From contig CP129474.1 of the NCBI GenBank assembly GCA_030583765.1, forward strand, positions 201,709 through 265,708: a DNA stretch of 64,000 nucleotides, in the 5' to 3' direction. A model generated the notes under the pieces. The model was not told the DNA's origin and searched no databases. It worked only from the letters and a program-made list of their open reading frames with translations. Positions within the stretch are counted from its first letter, which is position 1; every line of letters starts with the position of its first letter. Shown piece by piece: positions 54,370 to 62,308 of the stretch. Position numbers and translations under genes: made by a program. Origin of the DNA: Minisyncoccota bacterium (GTDB taxonomy: Bacteria > Patescibacteriota > Minisyncoccia > 2-02-FULL-40-12 > GWA2-44-9).

Positions 54370-55965
54370 ATGATGACGCCCATTCGCCTCGTGCCAGCGC
54401 ACGAAGTTCCGTGGCGTAACGCGTTTCTGGCGCTCTTCGGAGCGCTTCTTGCCGGAACGATCGCGTGGCCGATCTTGTTCATGATCGGAATTGCGATGGA
54501 TAGCGGCGGCCTGCTCCTGTTCACGCTTGCTCTCGGAGCCGCCTTGACCATCGCATGGTCCGTCGCGATCTCTCCGGCACTTCTGTTCGCATGGGTCCTC
54601 ACCTACATTCCGGGTGCGGGACGCATCGTCACCGGCATCGGAACAGCTGGAGTATTTCTCGTGACATCGACGACCCTCGCGTGGGTCTTCGGTTTCGCAC
54701 AAAAGCCCAGCGTGCTCGCTACGTACACCGTGGTCACCATCGTCGTCGCGTGCCTCTTGGTGCTCTTCGGCGAGGAGTCGACGTTCACATGGATTCGCGA
54801 GTTCTTCTTCAAAAGACTTGCGGTTCTATGGTGTCTCCTTACCCTACTCGGCCCCGCCTACATGATCGTCGGCGACATTCCTCTAGCCGTGCGCGATCGA
54901 GCAAGAGCGAACGCCGCGCGCACCGCGGCGAACATCCGCAAGGGTGAGATGCAACGAATCACATACGCAACGCGAGCCGACCTCGGAAAGATCCAGTTCT
55001 TCGATTCTGAACTCCTGGATGGTCAGACCGTGCCGCGGCCTCTCGTTTGGAAAGGGTGCGCAGATCCCACAACAGGGCTCGTGCGCCTTTTCTACAACGG
55101 AGAAGGACGCGTGGACGGCAACTGCGGCAAGCCGCTCTCCAGCACCGGCCCAGATGATCCCGAGCTGCTCGCTGGCATCACGGCACACCAGGAAAAACTG
55201 GCTGAAGCAGCCGCCCAACAAGCAGCTGCTCGACCAACGCCAACCGTGGAAGCCACACCAGAGCCAACGGCTACCCCGAGTCCGCCTTCCACACCAACAC
55301 CTGAACCGACCGCGGAACCGATGACCACCGCGCAAGTGCTCGCACAGGCGCACGAGCTTCGCGAACGCGAGCGTAAGAGACAGGAGGAGGCCTATGGTGC
55401 GCCGACCACAACATTACCGACGTGGTATCGCGCGACACCCACACCAACTCCCGCCCCTACGCGAGAGCCAGACTTCATCCGAGAAGGTACGGAGCTGGAC
55501 ATCACCATCAGCGAAGACTTCAACCTCTCTCTGCGCGAGCGCGCAATTTCCTTCTCGTGCGTCGTACGAACTGAAGTGCGCACGACGCACGGAACAGTCG
55601 CCATCCCCAAAAACTCCCCGTGCCGCGGACGCGTATCGCGCCTCTGGGAGGAGGACGGCACCATGCAGGCCGTGCTCTCCATCGTACAGGCTGGCACCAT
55701 CAGCGTTGCCGAAGAGCAGATCGCCACGCGCGCGAGCTCCAAAGGCCAAAACACCAAAAAGCGCAGCATCGTCGGAGCCATCATCGGCGGAGCTGTCGGC
55801 GGCGCAGCCGGCGCCGTCGCTGACGGCGAGCGTGGCGCAAAACGCGGCGCCGCCGGAGGTGCCGGCGCTGGCCTTGCCGTAGGCATCGCCACCAGTAAAG
55901 GCCCTCACATCAAGAAGGGCACGGCGATCACGTTTTCGTTCTGGAGCAGCGTCTCTCTCTACTAG
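54370..55965 (+). CDS. Membrane protein with Pro/Thr-rich linker and C-terminal glycine-zipper segment, in the GC3-rich island
   Basis: SD AAGGAG before the ATG. N-terminal ~5 TM helices. Linker AARPTPTVEATPEPTATPSPPSTPTPEPTAEP. C-terminus GAIIGGAVGGAAGAVADGERGAKRGAAGGAGAGLAVGIA (glycine zipper). Confidence 0.6.
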   Translation: MMTPIRLVPAHEVPWRNAFLALFGALLAGTIAWPILFMIGIAMDSGGLLLFTLALGAALTIAWSVAISPALLFAWVLTYIPGAGRIVTGIGTAGVFLVTSTTLAWVFGFAQKPSVLATYTVVTIVVACLLVLFGEESTFTWIREFFFKRLAVLWCLLTLLGPAYMIVGDIPLAVRDRARANAARTAANIRKGEMQRITYATRADLGKIQFFDSELLDGQTVPRPLVWKGCADPTTGLVRLFYNGEGRVDGNCGKPLSSTGPDDPELLAGITAHQEKLAEAAAQQAAARPTPTVEATPEPTATPSPPSTPTPEPTAEPMTTAQVLAQAHELRERERKRQEEAYGAPTTTLPTWYRATPTPTPAPTREPDFIREGTELDITISEDFNLSLRERAISFSCVVRTEVRTTHGTVAIPKNSPCRGRVSRLWEEDGTMQAVLSIVQAGTISVAEEQIATRASSKGQNTKKRSIVGAIIGGAVGGAAGAVADGERGAKRGAAGGAGAGLAVGIATSKGPHIKKGTAITFSFWSSVSLY

Positions 55966-56045
55966 GGACGGGCGCGCTCACCACTCCCCACGTTGTCATA
56001 AACAGCGTGGGGAGATTTTTTATGCAATGTGCTACACTAGCGCGC

Positions 56046-56823
56046 ATGGATATATTGCACGCGCTCATTCTTGGCGCCATACAAGGGCTCACCGAATTTC
56101 TCCCTATTTCATCATCAGGCCATCTCATCCTCGTCCCCCGCTTCCTTGGCTGGGAGGATCAGGGTCTTGCATTTGATACCGCCGTACACCTTGGCACTCT
56201 TGTTGCGGGTCGTGTGGGCATTCCGCACACGCATTCTTTCATTCATCAAAACGGTGGGCGGTCTTCTCGTGAAGAACAAAAGCTCGCTCAATATATTGTA
56301 CTCGCCACTATCCCCGCCGGCGTAGCCGGCCTCGCATTCGGAGACGTGATAGAAAACACGCTCCGCTCCCCGCTCATTGTGGGCGCTTCGCTGATCTTTT
56401 GGGGCGTCATACTGTGGTGGGTTGATCGCGGCAGTAGCAATACACCGTCACACGCGCCCGACAATGCGCACGTGGCTCTTTGTGGGCTTTGCACAAGCAC
56501 TTGCGCTGATCCCTGGAACATCTCGTTCGGGAATTACCGTTACTGCTGGTCTTGCCAAAAACATGTCCCCGAGCCCAAGCAGTAGAGCTCTCATTCCTTC
56601 TTTCTATCCCTATCATTGCCGCGGCGGGCATTTCACAGATTATAGACGTGGGCATCGCCTCCCTCCTTACCGCACCCATGATGCTCGGCATTCTCTCAGC
56701 GGCGGGTTTCAGGTTTTTCTCGCTATTCGCATCCTCGAGCACATCGCACGCACACGATCTCTGGCACCATTCGCCTACTATCGCATTATCCTTGGCGCAG
56801 TCGTACTCGTCCTGTTTTGGTAA
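56046..56823 (+). pseudogene. uppP: Undecaprenyl-diphosphatase (UppP/BacA) pseudogene disrupted by multiple frameshifts
   Basis: UppP-like segments are spread over three frames. Frame 0: MDILHALILGAIQGLTEFLPISSSGHLIL...HLGTLVA. Frame +1: VVWAFRTRILSFIK. Frame 0: QKLAQYIVLATIPAGVAGLAF. Frame +1: FAQALALIPGTSRSGITVTAGLA. Frame +2: ELSFLLSIPIIAAAG...MMLGILSAAGF. Frame +1: FQVFLAIRILEHIARTRSLAPFAYYRIILGAVVLVLFW. That implies at least 5 frame changes. Confidence 0.7.
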
Positions 56824-57078
56824 TTGCTCCTTCTTTGCGTAAAAAGTGCTTCTTTCGCACGCGCACCCTTATTATAGCCTCCAAGCGAGCCGTCGGAACG
56901 AATCACCCGATGGCACGGGATTTCTTTATTCGTATTCTTGTTGAGCGCGCTCCCTACGGCGCGTACCGCTTGTGGATTGCCAATCTTCTGCGCAACTGGC
57001 CGCATACGTCATCACTGATCCTCGCGGAATTTTTTGTACCACTGCATATACCTTTTCTGTGAACGAAAGAGATTTCTT
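56778..57078 (-). pseudogene. MGMT/Ogt-family (methylated-DNA-protein-cysteine methyltransferase DNA-binding domain) gene with a frameshift
   Basis: The annotated 75-aa ORF carries IGNPQAVRAVG...IPCHRVIRSDGSLGGY (PCHR active site). The upstream helix motif FTEKVYAVVQKIPRGSVMTYAA is encoded in a different minus-strand frame just 5' of it, so there is an indel near 57000-57010. Confidence 0.5.
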
Positions 57079-57957
57079 TCATGTGAGAACAATAGAATTT
57101 TTTATTCGTTTTATGAAGCCCTCTTGTTGGAGAGCAGAAAGCGCACGAGTAAAGTGCATATGCATATGATCGTTGAGTTCATGGTGCAAAGCTTGTATCG
57201 ATAACGACCGCCGCTCGGTCATGAGTCTCAATATTTTCCCGCGCATTTCACGCAAAGAACCGCGAAATGGTTTTTGTATCACATAGCCTGCGCTCCGCTT
57301 ATTCGGATTGTCGATACTACGCGCCAAAAAAGCTCCATAATCCATGAGCGCAGCAAACCACTCGTGGGGACGGCGCGTGCTCATGGTCTGCTCAATCACC
57401 GGCAACAGCTCACGGTCAGGAACCCCCATGCGCCCAGAGAAAAAATGGTGCATATACACGCGACGAATATTCGTCTCGATCATTGGATGCGCCTGCTGAA
57501 ACGCAAAAACACACACCGCCCGTGCCGTATAAGGACCAACGCCTGATAACTGCGTGAGAATTTCTGGGTCTTCGGGAACAACACCAGCGTGACGCTCCAC
57601 AAGCTCTCTCGCACACGCATGCAGCATGCGCGCACGACGATTATATCCAAGCCCTTGCCACGCCTTTAGCACGTCTCCGAGAGATGCCCGCGCAAGAGCG
57701 CGTACCGTTGGAAATGTTTTTAAAAATGCCCCGAACTTTGGGACAACGCGATCAGTTTGCGTTTGCTGCAGCATCACTTCGGAAACCAAGATAGCATATG
57801 GGTCTCGCGTAGTGCGCCACGGAAAATCTCGACGATTCTTGCGCCAAAATGACCATATAGTACGGCGAAATGCGCGCGTTTTGCTATCCGAGATCCGCAA
57901 GAGGGCACGCACTGTGCTTGTGCTTTTTCGCTTGGCAATACGCTCTTCCATAATCAA
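57079..57957 (-). CDS. MutY-like HhH-GPD DNA glycosylase lacking the 4Fe-4S cluster loop (cluster-less adenine glycosylase-like)
   Basis: MutY catalytic-domain signature FPWRTTRDPYAILVSEVMLQQTQ...W.GLGYNRRARML...LSGVGPYTARAV. No Cys-x6-Cys-x2-Cys-x5-Cys motif. The C-terminus looks wHTH-like rather than NUDIX-like. Confidence 0.7.
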   Translation of the reverse strand: MIMEERIAKRKSTSTVRALLRISDSKTRAFRRTIWSFWRKNRRDFPWRTTRDPYAILVSEVMLQQTQTDRVVPKFGAFLKTFPTVRALARASLGDVLKAWQGLGYNRRARMLHACARELVERHAGVVPEDPEILTQLSGVGPYTARAVCVFAFQQAHPMIETNIRRVYMHHFFSGRMGVPDRELLPVIEQTMSTRRPHEWFAALMDYGAFLARSIDNPNKRSAGYVIQKPFRGSLREMRGKILRLMTERRSLSIQALHHELNDHMHMHFTRALSALQQEGFIKRIKNSIVLT

Positions 57958-58525
57958 TAATTTTATATGTCAGATCGAACCATCTGGCGCGAGGGAAGAG
58001 TTCCATGAGATCGCGCTCAATGCGCACGGGGTCGCTCTGCTGTGTAAGTCCCCACCGACGCGCAAGGCGCTTTACGTGCGTGTCAACGGCGATGCCCTCA
58101 ACAACGCCATATGCATTCCCGAGCACGACATTGGCGGTCTTCCGCGCAACACCGGGCAGCTTCAGGATGTCTTCCATGGTGTTTGGCACAACACCTCCGA
58201 ACACATCGCGCACCATGCGTGCCGCTGCGAGGATATTTTTCGCCTTCTGTTTATAGAACCCCGTAGAGAAGATGGCTTTTTCAAACGCACGCGGCGATGC
58301 ATTACAGTAATCGTCGAGCGTCCGGTACTCGCGAAAGAGTTTCTCCGTCACCTCGTTTACCTTTTTGTCCGTGCACTGCGCAGAAAGTTGCACCGCAACG
58401 ACCAGTTCCCACGGGTTGCTGTAGCGCAATATCATGCCCGCCTTTGGAAAAAGCTTGGAAAGCACGCGCCACACACGACGAGCGCGCTCTTTTTGAGAAA
58501 GCGTTTTGCGAAGCGCGGTCTTCAT
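57884..58525 (-). CDS. nth: Endonuclease III (Nth) family HhH-GPD DNA glycosylase/AP lyase, with degenerate C-terminal Fe-S motif
   Basis: LVVAVQLSAQCTDKKVN, LPGVARKTANVVLG and IAVDTHVKRLARR. The C-terminus is YCQAKKHKHSACPLADLG-stop, with only 2 of the 4 expected Cys. It overlaps the downstream mutY-like ORF by 74 bp. Confidence 0.8.
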   Translation of the reverse strand: MKTALRKTLSQKERARRVWRVLSKLFPKAGMILRYSNPWELVVAVQLSAQCTDKKVNEVTEKLFREYRTLDDYCNASPRAFEKAIFSTGFYKQKAKNILAAARMVRDVFGGVVPNTMEDILKLPGVARKTANVVLGNAYGVVEGIAVDTHVKRLARRWGLTQQSDPVRIERDLMELFPRARWFDLTYKIIDYGRAYCQAKKHKHSACPLADLG

Positions 58526-58531
58526 AGCGTG

Positions 58532-58873
58532 CTATTTAACACCACTCCCTGCGGGCACGGGCGTAAGTGGGGTGAGAATAACAGGACCTTCTGCATCGCT
58601 CGCGGCAAGAAGCATGCCCTGGCTTTCTATGCCCATGAGAGCACGCGGCTCAAGGTTCGCGACGACCACAATTTGCACGCCAACAAGCGTCTCGGGTGCG
58701 TAACGCTTTCCGATCCCCGCAAGGATTTGACGATACACCACCTCCCCCGCCTCAGATCGCTCTCCTAAGTCAACAGAGAGTTTTACAAGCTTCTCTGAAC
58801 CCTCGACGCGCTCCGCACTTTTCACCGTCCCTACCTTTAATTCTGTCTGTGCAAAAATATCATACGAAATCAT
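58532..58873 (-). CDS. csaA: tRNA-binding protein (CsaA/Trbp111-like EMAP/OB-fold domain)
   Basis: ELKVGTVKSAERVEGSEKLVKLSVDLGE...VGVQIVVVANLEPRALMGIESQGMLLAA. Start at MISYD (58873). Confidence 0.75.
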   Translation of the reverse strand: MISYDIFAQTELKVGTVKSAERVEGSEKLVKLSVDLGERSEAGEVVYRQILAGIGKRYAPETLVGVQIVVVANLEPRALMGIESQGMLLAASDAEGPVILTPLTPVPAGSGVK

Positions 58874-58907
58874 GCCCCTAGAGTAGCACGGCCACATGAC
58901 ACAGCAA

Positions 58908-58935
58908 TTGACTTGTTGATAAAATAGTGTATAAT
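58908..58935 (+). promoter_or_regulatory. Near-consensus sigma70 promoter (TTGACT-N16-TATAAT)
   Basis: TTGACT at 58908-58913, a 16-nt spacer, then TATAAT at 58930-58935. It sits 24 nt upstream of SD AAAGGAG and the GTG at 58965. Confidence 0.5.
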
Positions 58936-58964
58936 TATATTTCGTTCTTTTGAAAGGAGTGTGC

Positions 58965-59459
58965 GTGGAACAGGTGATTAAGTTAGGGTCGGGACTCCAA
59001 AAGATCGGGGTCACTCCTCATCTGCGGCGTCGTGTCGCAGTGCTTCGTCTCTGCGACGGCATCCGCCCAGAAACTGTAGAGGTGCCGTACGGACACTTTC
59101 TTGATGACTTCATCCACATCCTGGAGATTGTGCTGCTAGAGGTTACGTCGCGCAGCAGGCTGCGAGCCATCGTTGCTGAAATCGCATCACGACTCACTGC
59201 GCCAGACCCCCAGGCGCACCTCTTGTACCACAGACAGGACGCCAAGCGTATCTGCAAGGAGTTGCGTCGCGGCAACGCCGTCCGAGCGATCGTTGCAGAT
59301 GAGCTCATCTGCGAGATCACTCTCGTGGGGAGGAAGACTGTCCTGGACTTCCACCACAAATCACGCCTGTCGGTGCGCAGCCTCGTGCGCCTTTCAGCTT
59401 CGGTAGAGGGGTTGCGGGGACTCCTCCGCGCCCTCAAGGCACTCCGCGTCTCTCCCTAA
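58965..59459 (+). CDS. Hypothetical protein (GTG start), GC3-rich, no recognizable domain
   Basis: SD AAAGGAG is 5 nt before the GTG. High GC3 favours this strand over the antisense ORF 59018..59437. Followed by a strong terminator. Confidence 0.45.
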   Translation: MEQVIKLGSGLQKIGVTPHLRRRVAVLRLCDGIRPETVEVPYGHFLDDFIHILEIVLLEVTSRSRLRAIVAEIASRLTAPDPQAHLLYHRQDAKRICKELRRGNAVRAIVADELICEITLVGRKTVLDFHHKSRLSVRSLVRLSASVEGLRGLLRALKALRVSP

Positions 59460-59468
59460 AAACCCAAC

Positions 59469-59505
59469 GGCCCCGTGCACAGTGTGCGCGGGGCCATTCT
59501 TTTTA
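59469..59505. terminator. Bidirectional rho-independent terminator between convergent genes
   Basis: GGCCCCGTGCA-CAGTG-TGCGCGGGGCC (11-bp stem with one G-U pair) followed by ATTCTTTTTA on the plus strand and GTTGGGTTTTTAG on the minus strand. Confidence 0.6.
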
Positions 59506-59517
59506 TACAGATCACAC

Positions 59518-59805
59518 CTACTTTGAAAGCTCGCAGACGGGGGCGCAAACTGCAGCGCACACTTCAGCGCCGGGAGCGCAGAGTGAGCCGCACGGATTAA
59601 ACTTCCCGCCACGGTTTAGGCAGTGACGCGCGTACATTTCTTCATTCGATCCATCCATCATTTCATACACGATCCTGTTGCGATCCTCACGCTGGATAGA
59701 AACACCACGAGGCACCTGCATGTACCAGTACATGCCAGCAAGACTCACTACAAACAGCAAGACCAGCAGAACCTGCGGTGATGAGAAAAGATGTTTCAGC
59801 TTCAT
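59518..59805 (-). CDS. Small membrane-anchored Cys-rich protein (hypothetical)
   Basis: N-terminal TM helix VLLVLLFVVSLAGMYWYM. C-terminus CLNRGGKFNPCGSLCAPGAEVCAAVCAPVCE with 7 Cys. Confidence 0.4.
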   Translation of the reverse strand: MKLKHLFSSPQVLLVLLFVVSLAGMYWYMQVPRGVSIQREDRNRIVYEMMDGSNEEMYARHCLNRGGKFNPCGSLCAPGAEVCAAVCAPVCELSK

Positions 59806-59810
59806 AACGC

Positions 59811-60104
59811 TTACTGCAATTCTTTTTCAGCAGACTCTAGGCTACTCATCTCAGCATCGAGATCACCGAGATCAAGATTTTGTAACTCTGCTTCACGTGC
59901 GCGGGAAAGTGCCTTAGCGCGAACCATGGCCATGACGTTTGCTGTATATGCTTCGTCATAGTCCGTGGCGAGCTCTTGTCCTTCAAGCCAAACCGCGTTC
60001 ACGGCAAAGGCCGCGACGAGTACCGACAAGGAAAGATAAAAAGCGCCCTTATCGCTTGCTGAAAACTCTGAAAACAATGTTTGTAGTGAATTCTGTTCTT
60101 GCAT
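59811..60104 (-). CDS. Small membrane protein (hypothetical)
   Basis: Start at MQEQ (60104). One TM helix (AFYLSLSVLVAAFAVNAVWL) and an acidic C-terminal helix. The stop is 6 nt from the next gene's start. Confidence 0.35.
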   Translation of the reverse strand: MQEQNSLQTLFSEFSASDKGAFYLSLSVLVAAFAVNAVWLEGQELATDYDEAYTANVMAMVRAKALSRAREAELQNLDLGDLDAEMSSLESAEKELQ

Positions 60105-60211
60105 ATAGAGCAAGTATACCAGCGAATTGCCTATAAGACATAGGGGCTTCTGTTGATAGAAAAAGGCCGCGTGCTTCATGCACACGGCCTCGGAAAGAAC
60201 GTCTTTGCGCC

Positions 60212-60457
60212 TTACGGCGCCGCAACCGCCTCTGACTCGGCGATCTCGATCTGGAGCAGTGCCATCTCAACGGAGATGCACTGCCCGTCGTACATCTGGA
60301 AACCGAGTTCGACGAACCCGTTTTCTTCCAGCGCCTTACGCAGATGGTACCGAGCTTCCTCGGTCATCACACAGGCGCACGCGAGCGGGCCCAGTCTGAA
60401 CCGCTGCGCCACCTTCTCGATTGCGGCCCGAGCCCCGCTGTAGTTTTTCTCGGCCAC
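60212..60457 (-). CDS. Hypothetical 81-aa soluble protein
   Basis: An intact ORF 2 nt downstream of the preceding small gene. No recognizable motif. Confidence 0.35.
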   Translation of the reverse strand: MAEKNYSGARAAIEKVAQRFRLGPLACACVMTEEARYHLRKALEENGFVELGFQMYDGQCISVEMALLQIEIAESEAVAAP

Positions 60458-60459
60458 GG

Positions 60460-60627
60460 CTAGCTCCTCCTCTCCTCTGCCTGATGGCGACGGCCACCAC
60501 GATAGCGGTTCACGAGCTGACGCGCTTCGCCAGAGACCACCAGCAGAGCCAAAGGCACGCCGATGAGTGGCAACAGGAACAAAGCGCCCGCCACCGCATA
60601 GCGAGCACCGCGCACAACCTTCTCCAT
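60460..60627 (-). CDS. Small (55 aa) single-TM protein with a basic tail
   Basis: Strong SD AGGAGGTGGGGGC before the ATG at 60627. Sequence MEKVVRGARYAVAGALFLLPLIGVPLALLVVSGEARQLVNRYRGGRRHQAEERRS. Confidence 0.4.
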   Translation of the reverse strand: MEKVVRGARYAVAGALFLLPLIGVPLALLVVSGEARQLVNRYRGGRRHQAEERRS

Positions 60628-60725
60628 GCCCCCACCTCCTGAAATCCTATTATACCACAAAAATAGAATAGACTCAATATACTTATCCCTAGGGGCTTCT
60701 GGGGAGTGTTGCGTATACTCGAGAG

Positions 60726-62045
60726 ATGATTCGCCCCACACTCATAAGCCTCGTGCGCTCCCCCGTTCGCATTACCCTCATCGCAGTCGCCGCCTTGAGT
60801 ATTGCTGGTGGCGTCTATCTATCACAGCGGGCGGAAATAAACGATTCAGCTGCCGCCACTCTGCAAGAGCCGCGAACCGCGTTCATTCTTGAGGTGTTCG
60901 ACACCATCCTCTCCTCACATTGGGAAAAACTCGAGCCCCAAGCCCTCGCAGAGCTCATGGAGAAAGGCATCGAAAAACTCACTGAAAAAGACTGGGCGCT
61001 TGCGACCCCCGACCGCGCAGGTGCAGAAAAGCTGTTTACCGAAGCACTCGCCTCGATCCCCGCCGAAAAACAGAACGAATTCACTGCGACGCTCGGCGAC
61101 ATTATGCTCGCCAATCTGAAACCGTTCGGACGAAGTCGCCTGTATAGCAAAAAAGAAGAGCAGAAACTGCGTGATACCGTCCTCAATAAAGATACGGGAG
61201 CAAACCTGTACACCTCACTCGGCGTAGACAAATCTGCATCTACAGCAGAGGTCGCAAAGGCATATGAAGCCAAGCAAGCGCAGCTTGCCGCGCAACCCGC
61301 GACACCAGAGACACAAGAGGCAAAAGTAGAGCTCGAGCGGGCCTTCACGGCTCTTCAAGACGAAAATCGCCGCGCACGCTATGATGAACATGGCGTTGAG
61401 CCAACGGTAACCGCCAAGGCAGTAGCAGATACTGTAGGCCTCGTCCGCATAACGCAAGTGTCTCCGCTTTCGTTTGAAGAATTTAAAACAGAAATGGCAG
61501 CGCTCTCAAAAAATAAAAGGCTCAGCTCGCTCATTATTGACCTGCGCGGCAACATTGGCGGTGCCGTCGACACTCTCCAATACTTCCTCGGCCCATTTAT
61601 CGGCGCGGGACAATATGCATACGATTTCTTCCACCAAGGAGAACCTATGCCATTTCGCACGCGTACCGGGTGGCTTGAAAGCCTTGTACAGTACAAACGC
61701 GTCGTTGTACTCATCGATAGCAACACGCAATCTTCAGGAGAAGTGATGGCCGCAACGCTAAAAAAATATAATGTTGGCGTCTTGGTGGGAGTCCCCACAA
61801 AGGGCTGGGGCACCATTGAACAGGTGATGCCACTAAAAAATCAGTTCTCTGAGACGGAGACATATTCACTCTTCCTCGTACACAGCCTCACGCTGCGCGA
61901 AGACAATGAGCCTATTGAGGGTCGTGGCGTGGATCCAATGATAGACATCCGCACAAAGGGATGGGAGAAAGAGCTGGCACTCCACTGGAATGACTCTCAG
62001 CTCGTCCGCGCAGTACAGAATCTCATCGCAGGCAAAGATCGCTAG
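60726..62045 (+). CDS. S41-family C-terminal processing peptidase, membrane-anchored
   Basis: LIIDLRGNIGG motif, TQSSGEVMA (Ser nucleophile region) and VGVPTKGWG. N-terminal TM helix. Confidence 0.8.
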   Translation: MIRPTLISLVRSPVRITLIAVAALSIAGGVYLSQRAEINDSAAATLQEPRTAFILEVFDTILSSHWEKLEPQALAELMEKGIEKLTEKDWALATPDRAGAEKLFTEALASIPAEKQNEFTATLGDIMLANLKPFGRSRLYSKKEEQKLRDTVLNKDTGANLYTSLGVDKSASTAEVAKAYEAKQAQLAAQPATPETQEAKVELERAFTALQDENRRARYDEHGVEPTVTAKAVADTVGLVRITQVSPLSFEEFKTEMAALSKNKRLSSLIIDLRGNIGGAVDTLQYFLGPFIGAGQYAYDFFHQGEPMPFRTRTGWLESLVQYKRVVVLIDSNTQSSGEVMAATLKKYNVGVLVGVPTKGWGTIEQVMPLKNQFSETETYSLFLVHSLTLREDNEPIEGRGVDPMIDIRTKGWEKELALHWNDSQLVRAVQNLIAGKDR

Positions 62046-62308
62046 AGTGGCCTTTGCATCTCCTTTTCAAGATCTCGAAATTCGTTCTCGATATCAGTAA
62101 TGCGCCCGCGGATGCTCGAGATAAGCTCCGCGCCTTGGCGCGTTTTTTTCAGAGCCTCCTCCAAGTCCACTGTGTCTTGGGCGCTAAACCACTGGACAAT
62201 CTCTTCCAGTGTCGCAAGCGACGTTGCGAGAGAGTCTTTGTCTGCAGATTGCTTCTTTTTTGATGATGGCGACATAGGTAGTGCGTAGTGTACCGTGACC
62301 GTGCTCAA
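62042..62308 (-). CDS. xseB: Exodeoxyribonuclease VII small subunit
   Basis: LATLEEIVQWFSAQDTVDLEEALKKTRQGAELISSIRGRI matches the XseB coiled-coil. 4-bp overlap with xseA. Confidence 0.75.
   Translation of the reverse strand: MSTVTVHYALPMSPSSKKKQSADKDSLATSLATLEEIVQWFSAQDTVDLEEALKKTRQGAELISSIRGRITDIENEFRDLEKEMQRPL

Noticed and set aside
53865-54602. 245-aa minus-strand ORF overlapping the 53889..54359 plus-strand gene
   Set aside because: It has an Arg-rich composition and no SD. The plus-strand gene has AAGGAGG-N5-GTG and coherent GC3 bias.
57626-58768. 380-aa plus-strand ORF spanning nth and the mutY-like gene
   Set aside because: It is antisense to two genes with unmistakable HhH-GPD signatures. 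The composition is Arg-rich and no domain is recognizable.
59018-59437. 139-aa minus-strand ORF opposite the 58965..59459 gene
   Set aside because: The plus strand has consensus promoter, SD and terminator signals and a higher GC3. The minus ORF is extremely Arg-rich (RRTRLRTDRRD). I kept it as a caveat in the finding.
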